From Balanoglossus misakiensis (lineage: Eukaryota; Animalia; Hemichordata): 64,000 bases of DNA. The first letter of the stretch is position 1; the number at the start of each line of letters is the position of its first letter. This document shows, piece by piece, positions 37,001-49,000 of the stretch. The notes under the pieces were generated by a model, which ran no database searches, was not told the DNA's origin, and saw only the letters and a list, made by a program, of their open reading frames with translations. The DNA is taken from assembly GCA_040954595.2 (NCBI GenBank), contig CM082593.2, positions 6,980,043-7,044,042 of the forward strand, read 5' to 3'. The position numbers were made by a program, and so were the translations under genes.

Positions 37001-40000
37001 TGTTAGGTCAGAATTTTTCTTGCCGTTGTCCCCATTATTTAAAGGCGGGTGCGTCTGACTTTGTCTGATTTATTGAACATAACTTCTTTATGCCTGTTTG
37101 ACTCTTGTGTGCTTCACATTCAGAGGGCAAAGACGCCCCAAATAAACTAGCTTCGTTTGACGTGAAATGTCTCCGCGCAGGGGAGTTGAACTTTGTGTTT
37201 GGTTGTGTGTGTTCCTGAAATAAAGTCAGACCACACAAGGAACCGAGAGTGGTTCGAACAGCCAGTCTGGCTGATGCAAAATTCTCTGTAATTATTGAAC
37301 TTTTTTGTGGTATTTCTGCACGGATAATGCAAGAATGTGTTTTTTGCTGTTTATTTTAATAAAATGGAATAAAATCTACTCTGTCTTTAAGTAGTCACCG
37401 AAAGCTGTAAAAAACTACCGAACACAGTTGGGCTGACCAATTCTCATAAATTTGATCATTATTTGACCTGGCTGCGTGTTCATCATCTCCTTTAAAAATT
37501 AAACGTGTTTCGGGAAGTTTATAGTTTTCTGAGAAAACCCTGCAGGCAGAGCAGAAATTTGATCCACTAGAATGGGCTTACGGACAAAATATCCAAGCGA
37601 CGAAATAGAGATTAGAAAGACAATTACAGAAAGCCTCTATTGATTTTATAGAATTCCAACAGATCTTTCACAAAAGAAAAAAATATACGAGTACCTCACC
37701 ATCATAATGGCCGTGCAAACTGATACACGTATAGCCTCGAGTGTTACCTAGCGACCATGATGCAAAAACGTGCCGTGGAACAAGAAATAATTGATCGCCA
37801 CTCTTTCAGAAATTCAACAGTTTGAAATGTACATAGCTTTCTTTCACACTTGCCAATGCATTAATAACCTCTGTTCCTGAAAAGCGTTTCAACTTCTAAT
37901 AAAGATAAAGTGGGGGATTAACAGTGTAATTTTTCTTCCACTGCACAGAAGTTTATAATTCACTCCGCAAAAAAGTAGCGCGGATTTCAGATTTAGGCAC
38001 CATATGGGTCTGTTTACAACATGCGTGCTAATATTTATTGAGCAATATTAGGCTTTAGTTAACATGGGATAATATGAAATCAAATTTGTCATTAAATTTG
38101 TCCAGTGCTGTAATGCAATGCAATGCACTGCATACAGCGTTCTCCTCAACAGTTTCTGCTATAGAACTAATTTACATAACAGTAATGTTAATTGTTATGA
38201 TAATTAGTTAAAGAGTAGTGGCAATACTTTGTATTTGCTTTGGGGAGAACATTTAAATACAATAATTTTATGATCGCCTAATGAATATAATTTATAATCA
38301 GAACAGCAGTATTTCATATTTTGTCCTTGCCCCGTGTACCTTAATAATACAAGGATTAAAATGTTATTGATCGAAAGTGAATATATTCCAGACAAGGTCT
38401 GTTCACTCAGAGAAATGGCACTTGGAATCACATTTAATGTTTGATAATCTGAGCTTACTATGTATTTACAGAGATGAGGAAAGTATTCAGAATAGTGTTA
38501 ATGTCTGACAGGTGCATAACGTTTCATGACATTTCAAGTTTGCAGTACAAAATTACGTACAATTTAATGCAGCTACATGTATTTGAAATTGCTGTCTGAA
38601 CAGAGAAAACAGTATCTTCAGTTGATTTTTTTGCAAAAATAGAAACAAATGAAGATGAAACAGTACGTGTCATAGAAACATTCTAAGTATAATAGTTTTC
38701 ATTTTTTCCCAAACACTTTGCAGCATTTCTAAAAGTGCGAGTTTGTGTTTGATGGTTGTGTTTCTTTTGTTACAGTTCGCTGAAGGCCCGATGCTGGACG
38801 GCTTATTCTGGGAGCAGTGGTACAACGGCGAGAACTTGACCTCGGACGAACTCGGCTACATCTACTACGAAAACAAACTGTTAGGGGTGCCGCGTGTACG
38901 ACAGTTAAAGGTGCGGAACGACTCGTGCGTTGTGCACTCCGACTTCGAAGACGAGATCAAGCAGTGTTACGATCACTACGCGGAGAGCGTGGAAGAACGG
39001 AATCCGTTCGGGAAGATGAACGGCACAGCGTAAGTTTGGAAAACTACACACGCATTAGAATTTATCATAAAAGAATTCTTTACCACCTTACATGTATATT
39101 CATATGTGAAAACAGCTGTTTCATATAACACAGTATACTGTAAAACACTTTATTTTCGCGAGCAATAAATTTTCACGAAATACACGAGAGCCAAAATAGC
39201 GTGAAAACAGAAAGTTGCGTAATTTTTTTTAAAGATAACGATACAGTGAATGAAATAAGAGAACGCGAAAATTAATACTCGCAAAACAGTGGCCTCTCTC
39301 GATATCGCGAAAATTTCAACTCGCGAAAATTAAGTGTTTTACAGTATTGAAAATGGCAGTCTTGCTCATGATTCTATTTTGTCACGTAATCTCTAATCTG
39401 TTGTTATTTTAAATAAAGAAACTGGATATCAGTCTGGAAAAAAAATTTCGATTACAGAATACATACTTTTATGGTGTAGGGTTTCTTAAGAATAAATGGT
39501 GCAGGTTTTCTCAAGAATCAAGAAATACATGCTTTTAACTTGCAGTACTCTATGTACATTCAGGGCTCTTATTGACTTAGCCCTTGGAAGTCAACTGAGT
39601 GATGTCATAGGTCACCAAGGGGTCAGGGTGCAAAGGGTCTGATAATTATAATTTTAAGATATTAAAAAAAAGCGTGATTTTATAATATTTTCCTATAGAC
39701 TTTATCAGCTGTTATTTCTCTTTGACTGTATCTTTCTGAACTTCCGTGCAACCGGCCACTGGTTTGTCTCGTGCTTGTTATTCCAATGGATGATTTTCAT
39801 ATTTCAATCTCTGTGTACGTGACAGATGGGAATATTCCACTGAAGAAGAACTGGATGGGTCCGGCCACTGGGGGAAACTGGCCACATATGGTGGCGGAGG
39901 GTACTACACCGACCTGAGACAAGACAAGGGCCTGTCAACGGCGATCATAGACGATATGAAGGAAAACCTGTGGCTGGACCGAGGCACTCGTGTCGTTTTC

Positions 40001-43000
40001 GTCGACTTCACAGTGTACAACGCGAACATCAATCTCTTCTGTGTAGTCAGGTTAGTAAAATGTTTTCATCGCAGTGGAGTTAAGATTGATTCTGTTTTTT
40101 TCCCCCTTCTCGTGTTCAAACAAGAAAATGTTGAATGTATTTGTCAGTTTGCTTCAGGAAACACAGTATTTCATTCAAAATTTTAGCTAAAACTGGTTCA
40201 GTTTAAAATTTTGTTGAACATATGAAGTATGGCTGATCAACTCAGCTTACAGTTTTGCCCTAAACCGTCATCCATTTATGGACAGAATAGCATATTGTCG
40301 CGATATTATTCGTATAAAGTAGGGAATGACATTGTGACTATGAGCCAATAGAAGTGACCGCCACTCATGATAAAGACTGTCCGCATTACTGTAGCATGTC
40401 TCTCCTGGTTCAGCGTAATTTCACTGCGTCTAAAACGATAAAAGTGTGACCCGTTTTGTTTCGCTGCTACTCTGTCTCGTCCATGGTTTCCACAGGTTCA
40501 GTGCGTGGAATTTCGATCTCAACTATTTGCGGGATTGAGTTGGCGTGAATTTATTGGGCAGCTGCATCTGCTCGTTAATCACAAAGTACAACTTCGGGTC
40601 AAGTGAAACTAGTTCTCTCTAAAATCCAGCCCTAATAAAACCAGTTTTCTCAAATCCAGATGTACGCTGAGTGTCGTACGTCATCATCAACATTATAACA
40701 CTCTTCAAGAAAAATCTGTTTATAGTTGCTGTGAAATTTTTGTGACATTTTACATAACTCATTTGCGTTTATCTATAATCAAGATTAGCATAACCTAAGC
40801 TGTGATACTCTTTTAAAAAAAATCATTTTAAAAAAATCGATCAAGGAAAATGTTAGATTTAGAAAGGTTGTACATGTATTTGATTTGTCGAATAAATATC
40901 GCAAACAAATTAAAATTATGACAAGATCAGACAGAAATTTTGATTTGCTGATTGACTTTCCCCCGCAGATTGACAAGTGAGTTTCCGCCAACTGGGGGCG
41001 CCATCCCCTCCTGGGATTTCAGAACGGTGAAACTGCTGCGATATGTCTCCGCGTTCGACTACTTCATCATGGCCTGCGAGGGCATCTTCGCCCTCTTCAT
41101 CATGTACTACGTGGTGGAGGAAATTCTGGAGATCAAGCTGAACAAGTGGTCGTACTTCAAGAGCGTGTGGAACTGCCTGGATCTCTTGGTGATTGGGGTG
41201 AGTAGTGCACTGTGATTTTTGTCCTCTAACAAACATATTTTTAAAAAGCTTTGAGCCAATTTTAAGATTTTTAAAAATTTCTCTGAGTCAGCCCTATTTC
41301 TCTGCATCATGTATTGTGGATAATTTTCTCGAGTCACCAGTGAGTTTGTTGAGTCAGTGGCGCGTCAAATTGGCTTAGAGGGCACACCGGTCACATCATA
41401 GGATGTCTACGCTACTGTGGACATATTGAACGAAATGTAGGTCCCATTTTTGGACAGGGAGAAAATTACCCTCACGCAACCAAGCATGGCCATTTGGATT
41501 AGTCTGTTTGTTAATTGACTTAAATTAACTTACTGTCTTGTTTCAGTTGTCCATGGTGTGCATTGCGTTCAGCGTGTACAGGACCATGGCCGTGGCGGAC
41601 ATGTTGGAAGCTTTGCTGGCCGAGCCGACGCAGTACGCTGACTTTGAATATCTCAGCTACTGGCAGACGATGTACAACAGCATGCTGGCTGTCCTGGTCT
41701 TCTTTGCTTGGATCAAGGTATGTTCACCCTCATCTTACGGCGGCTGTCCACCCCTGCGTTTGTGTGGTCTGGCCTACATTACAATAGAAAGAGAACGGAG
41801 TATGTTGATATAATGGTTGCAGGTGGGGGACTGCTATGTCTTGATGGTGAGAAAAATCTTACAATAAAGGGAGTGCCATTTGAAACATTTGAACATGATA
41901 GAAACAGTGAACAGAAATTCATTTATCTGTAGTGCAACCATCTTTTCAAAATGCACACAAACATTCGTACCCCACCACGCAGAAGTTAGAACCATAGCTA
42001 CTTCCCGCGAGTACAGTTTGCCTATACAGGGAAATATGATTTTACTGTAAATGTGTTTTTTTCCCGCTAGGTGTTCAAGTACATCAGCTTTAACAAGACT
42101 ATGACCCAGCTGTCCAGCACTCTGTCTCGCTGCGGCAAAGACTTGATGGGATTCACTGTCATGTTTTTGATCGTCTTCTTTGCCTTCGCCCAGCTGGGCT
42201 ATCTCATCTTTGGTACCCAAATCGATGATTTCAAGTCATTCGGTGACTCAATGTAAGTTTATAACTAGCACTGTGTTAAGATGGTTTTGTGAGAAGTTTT
42301 GTTCTTTCTGTGCTTTGGGTGTAAAGGAAGTCATGGAAAAATTACAGTGGTCTTACTTCACTGCTGATTGTGGCAGCCATATTGGAAATGACATTTGGGG
42401 TCAAAGGTCATCTGCATAAATCAAGTTGGGCAGTGACTGGAATATACTGGTTCAATAGAACAAGGAATAAAAAACAAGCGCAATTTTTGCTCTTGTGGCC
42501 GTCATGTGATCTGTTTATTAAAGAGATGTTTCTTTGTTGAAAGTTCGGTGTTAGGTGTTTATTTGATAAGATTTATGTCATTAGTGTGGGTCCACAGAAT
42601 GACATCACAAAGTGAGGTGAATAGTGAATAGGAAATGCAATCGCAGTCGTTTCGCTCAAATATTTGCAAGATTGTTAAGAGTTCGGTAATGGCAAGGAAA
42701 TTGCAGACGCCAGGGGAAGAAAGCAAACACGTGCGCGGAGTCTGAGATAGGAGTCCAGCCGACGAGTTTGGCAGTTTGAAGAGTCCGTCTCCTTCACTCG
42801 GTCCATTGTATCAATTACGGGGTAATTTAAAAAAAGTTGGCAGGCCGTGAGCTGAATCGGTGATGATGTTTTTGAGACTGTGTGAGAGAAAAAATCTTTG
42901 GTTTGTGTATACTCAACGATCGATTGGACAAGTTACCTTGTGTGCATTAGTTGTGAACACCCTCTGAGAATATTACACCATTCACAAACTTCAAAAGATA

Positions 43001-46000
43001 AAACACCTACAGCATTTCTGTATCTGTGATGTGATCAGTTGAGGAAATCTGAAATAAAAACAAGTAGAGGAGTTCTGAAGTTAGAACAGTGACATTGAAT
43101 TAAGTATTAAAAAATACATTTGATTTGATAAAATTATTGTTTTGTACAATCCATGTAGTTTGCAATATTAAGGGATTATACCAAGTGAGTGTGTCTTATC
43201 ATGATATTGTAATATCTTTTTAAGCATATTTTTTGTTATTTTTTTGCAGCTTCACCCTGTTCCGTATCATCTTGGGTGACTTTGATTTCCACGAGTTGGA
43301 GCAGGCCAACCGAATCATGGGTCCAATCTTCTTCTGTACCTATGTATTCTTTGTGTTCTTCGTGCTGCTGGTGAGTTGCAAATTCCCCCCCCCCCCCTAA
43401 CTTTTTTCAACTTCGCACCCATAACCGTCTTCTGAGAGTACATATCAACCACTTGTACAACTTGTGAGCTTGTGTTTTTGTTTTAAGATGTGTCCCTCAC
43501 ATATGAAAGTTTTAGGCGTCTGTCGATATACACTGGAGTTTTTGAAATCAGGAAACTATTGAAAGTCACACTACATGTACATCTATCTTTGCTGTGTACA
43601 ATTACCAGATACTTGGTGTTGATCAACATTCACTGATACATGTACATTTTTGTGTGTGCTCTCTTTTCAGAACATGTTCTTGGCCATCATCAACGACACC
43701 TACAGTGAGGTGAAAGCAGACATCGCCACGCAGAAGAGCGAATTCGAGATCACTGACTACTTCAAGCGGGTAGGTCAAATAACTGGCAGCATTCAAGGGA
43801 TACTATGAACCCTAATTTAGATATGCCTGTATATGAGTTAAGGATGTACGATCCATAAAATTGAAAGTATTGTCTCAAAATAGAGCGCGGTGACCATATG
43901 ATTTGGTCGATGAATTTATTTTTACTTGACTGAGCTTGGTGTAAAATTTCATGAAAATGACATTAGTAGAAGTGAGTTTACTAGTAATCTCAATGTAAAG
44001 AGATATATGTGCACAAGTTCCAGCAGGTTACTGGTTTACGTTCTGCGCGTACATCCTTAAAGGATGTGTAATGACTGTGTGTGTATGACACAGTGTTTCT
44101 TGCGTGGCCCACCCAAGTGAAATCTACAGTGACCAGAGCTGGATGTTCCACGGTATCTGTCAGCAGTTTTGCACAGGTGCAAACATTTGTTTACGGTTTT
44201 GTGTTTGCTTCTCTTTGCAAACAGGGCTACGAGAAGATGCTGGGGAAGTTGAACTTCAAGCGAGACAAGATCGTGGACATCCAGAAGGCGCTGGCCCACG
44301 CTGATGTCAACAACGACCAGCATCTGGACTATGATGAGTGGCGACATGAACTGAAGGCGTAAGTGTGGCGCATTTTGAGTCCTCAGTAGGACATTGACAT
44401 CACTGAGGCAGTGTTTATCAACACCATACGGGGGCCAGGAAAATTCGGTCAAATTATTCAATGTATTTGTATCAAATGTACAGATACTGAATTGTGATGC
44501 TAGAGAGACTAGCAACGAGGAGAACACGGGTCATTTGATGTTTTCATCGATGGTGAAGATAGATGCCAGCCTCTGCAAATAACGGAACCTAGCAACAGTT
44601 TCCTAGTATCCATTTTCAGCATAGGATACAATTTTTGTGCCAAGGGCAGTCTTAAACTGAGATGTGTAGAATATCGGTATCATTCACTGTCTTGATGTTT
44701 TTAACAGTCGCAAATGTAACAGAAATTTTAAGAGATTGTGCAGGTGAATGCCTCTCAGGGGAAATGTTGGCTGCCATGAAATTTTTTTTAATACATAATT
44801 AGGTAGCATTATTTTGGTGTATTTAAATTATACCAGGGGATTGTTTTCTTTCTGTCGTACGCAGGCGTGGACATGCTGACGCAGAGATTGAGGCAGTCTT
44901 CGCCAAGTATGATGTGGATGGCGACAGAGTGTTGGATGCTGAAGAGCAGGCCAGAATGGCGTCTGACCTGCAGGAACAGAAGGTGAGGTCTTTAATGGTT
45001 GTCTTGCCTGTGTGTGTGTCTTTCTTTACATTGGCAAGATTTACACACAAATTCGTCACCGTGAATTGTGGCTGTTAATGTCAACTCTGTGTTGATGAGT
45101 ATATTGCTGATTTTCATGTGCTAACCAACTGCGATACCCTTGCATGTGTGTCTGGCGGTTCTTTTGTTTCATCTTCCCCCGTTGCCCGAACCCCCCACCC
45201 CCCAATCATTCCCCCTCATCATGGGTATTTTGTTTGAAATCGGCCATGACAGGAAAAGGTACACATTCCGTTCCTTTCAGGTATCGTAAATTTGCCAATA
45301 AGCTTTAAAAATACTGTCAGATTTCCTTGCAGGAGTTTTTTCAGATTTTTATCCTCGCCAAGTTGTGCATGCATAACAAATTCTTGAATCTTCCACACAT
45401 TTTCCCTGCTGTCTGTCATTTTAGAAACATTTTATGGAGAAAAAATGCCTAAACTAGAATTTTCAAAGAAGGGGGTTTCCAACTTGTTTGTTCAGACGCT
45501 ACGATTCTGTAAACATGGACGAGTACCCTTGATGAAATCCCACACATGTCACAAATGCTTGCGTTTCATCTTACGATGTGTCATTAACCACTCACAGAAT
45601 AACCCGACATCTCCCTCCTCCTTTACCTTATTTGTTGTGCTGTTGAACCCCTCTCGCTTGTACATACACATCATCGAACTAACCACCTCTCCATCATGAT
45701 TAACCCTGTGTTTCGTCATGTCACCATATTTGTCTTTGTCTTAGAATCGTCTCAATGCTCAAATTGACGCAGAGATTCGTAAGCAAGAGAAGGTAGACAA
45801 CTGGGTGTCTTGTCGATTTATTTATGTTGCGTGTTGTTACACATCACCATTTTTTTTCTCACAAGAATTTACCCGTCTCTTGAAGTTGTCACATTTTTTG
45901 TCTCCCACGCTGCATGTAAATATGCAAGCCTGCGAAATTGATTCTTGGATACGACTGTAGACTAGAAACGGCATGTTTGAAAATGTACTTCACAGAATTT

Positions 46001-49000
46001 AAATTCAAATGTTTTGTGACACAGAGAATGGTCTTGAACCCTCTCACCCCTGTTAATCTTTTTAGAGGTCCATCTCTTCCATAGAAAACAATGGATTTGG
46101 ACCAAACCATGGTGGTGAAAGGGTTAAAAAAAGCACTGTAGAAATACCGATAGTAGTATTCAGCATGGAAGAGTACATTTGCACATGTTAAAAAGATCAC
46201 TTGAAAGTTAATTCCAGTTAAGTTTGAAGAAGACTCTCTACAAGAGAAATATTGAACGAAAAAAAAAAAAAAAAAAAATAGGCAGTGACACAAAACTCAC
46301 TGAAGTGTAGTAAATTAAAGTTTGAGTAACATTGTCCTTCGGGTTGTCAACCGAAGGCTGATGAAGCAATTTGATGTTTTGTTAAAGATTCTTAAAGTCG
46401 ACCTTTCCCTGAGTTTCCATTAAAAATTAATGCAATCTACACCAAAGAATTCTGAACAATGATAACAGCGCTGGTAATTAAAAATTTATGACTACTGAAT
46501 TAATGATTGATGAACAGACTGCAGACAATTCTACAATAGAACAATGGTTGCTGCAGTTACGTATGGATCATGAATATTCATAACAGGTGGTCACATGATT
46601 GGCGTGACCTCTGACCCCAACTTCACTTTCCAAGCATGACAATACTGATAGAATTCTGTTCAGTAGTTCATTGTGGTTTCCTAGAAACAGTATGTAAATC
46701 ATGAATATTAATCACTGGTCAGAAAAAAAACATCATTCTGAAAACAATATTCTGCAGTACCTTTGAATTTCACTGTGTACAGCACAGTCAACACAAGTGA
46801 CATGAAAACCAATACCAATTTTATAATCAGTGTTCTCAGATATGGTTTGTAGCCTAACATTTGATTAAAGAATTTTAGAAAGTAACTCCATCAGTTGCAT
46901 ATTTCATATGATTACAACAAATCTCAAATGAAACTTTATAAAGGTTTAAAATTTGACACTGTATGCAGTTGCAAACTTCATCGCAAAATTACAGCATGTT
47001 TTGAGTGACATTGGTGTTGCTTCTTTGAAGCAGCTGATTATAGTGATTCGAATCGCGATGCGTCCTATCAACCACGTGCATGAACTTTGTGCTTTCTTTC
47101 TTGAGTTTTTACCGCCCAGGAGAGGAGACTGAAAAATGCTGTGCATGTTTTGTGTGTCGTGGCCTTTGTTTGAAACTCTCTGGGCCCGCGCCCGCTGACT
47201 TGGTCTCGATGCTTTTCTTTGCAGGCTGAACTGACCAATGAGATCGCAGAGGTGGAGGAGGCTGCGGCCACCGGTGCCCAGCCGGGCCCCGCCCGCAGCA
47301 AGAGCCGCGTCAGCTTCAACGATGGAAGCGACAGCGAGGGCGATGAGGACGGTGGTGGCCGTCGAGGGCGCCCTGCTGCTGGGGTCTCCTATGAGGAGTT
47401 CACTGTGTAAGCAACAAGCAGTTGTCATCTTGTGTGTAGAACTTTCAAAAACGATTTTTGTCAAAAAATTTCAGAACACCAAGGCATAGAGTTTGCTACC
47501 TTGTAATTTTAGGAAAACTATAGAGCTTCATTACATAACATTCAGTTATATCGTTATACAAATTACCTAATCACTGTGTCAGCAATATCTGGAAAGAATA
47601 ATGCACGATATTTAAAGCTGTAACTTTTTGCTGTTTTCGTTAGACACACAAAGGCTATGTTGACAACCGGGGTACTGGTTGTATTAGCATGATGTTTCGA
47701 ATAGGACATGAAATTGCATTTGGTGCACAGAATAGAAATGCTAGGAAAAGTAGCCAAAAGTTACAGCTAATGTCCCTTTAAAGTGCCTTGGTTTGGTATG
47801 CAGAGAGGAGACTTATACTCCTGAAATTTCTCATGTAGGTTGAGCCGTCGTGTGGATCGCATGGAGCACTCCATCGGCAGCATTGTGTCCAAGATCGATG
47901 CCGTCCTGGTCAAACTGGAAGCTATGGAACGTGCTAAGCTGAAGCGACGTGAGACAATGGGCAAACTGTTGGACAGTATCACAGAGGTAAGAAGAAATAC
48001 CTTCAAATTTGGAATTTGTCTAAGTGTAGTTTTACACGGACGACCTCTCTGAACGAAAAATTGTTGATTACAAAACACCAAACTTGGTATTTTTTTTTCA
48101 TTGTGATATACTATATCAATCCTTTTATGTAAAGGGAATATTTTTTACAATTAATTTCATCGTTAATTAAAATGTTTGAAATCTTCAATCCCTGCCAATC
48201 ATTGCATGCCAAAAGGAGCAACAAGCAAAGCGGTCTGGCAAAAACATTGATGGCTTGCGACCAGCTTCATCTGCCAGTTCTTATTATGAAGATGAGGTAT
48301 TAACCAGGCTTCACCCGTTCATGAGATTCTGCCACTTTAACCGTCATTAACCATCGCTAACCAGCACAGTTGGTTTTACTAGTACTAACTTTAACTAACA
48401 ATATCAGTATTACCCCCTGTGGGTAACTGTTACATGCCCGGTTTCTTTGTTTGTATTTACATAACATGATTGAAGTTTGGTTTGACACGCGTGACCTTAT
48501 TGACCCCTCTTTCAATGATCTTGGTTTTCTGCTTGAGACAATATTTCTATTAATAAATTTATGTCGTTAGTCGACCATTTTCGAATGGATTCTTCTGCAC
48601 ACATGCAGAAAACTTAACATGTTAAAAAAAATTATTGTTCAATTCTGTGGCTTTTTTGTAGAACCTGTCATAATACTTGTCAGTGAATGTGGAACATTCT
48701 ACAATATTGTTGTCGCTTAGTGACACGTGTCGAAAAATTGAATTAAAAAAAAATGACGTCTAAAAATTGTCTCTTGGCAGGACGAACGTCAGGGCCACAC
48801 TGAAGACACTGCGAAGCGCGAGCAGATGGAACGCTTAGTCCGCGAGGAACTGGAGCGCTGGGACTCGGAGGCCTCTATCACCCAGGCCGCAGGAGGGCGC
48901 TCGGCAAGCGCTGCCAGCAAAGCTCAAGGGAAGTCCAGCGGAAGCTCTCGGCCGGGCAGTGCTTCGTCCAATCGCAATGTGACACTGGTAAGTTGGCATT

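Noticed and set aside
46946-47464. 172-aa minus-strand ORF (and 156-aa ORF at 44057-44527)
   Set aside because: Antisense shadows of GC-rich PKD2 exons.
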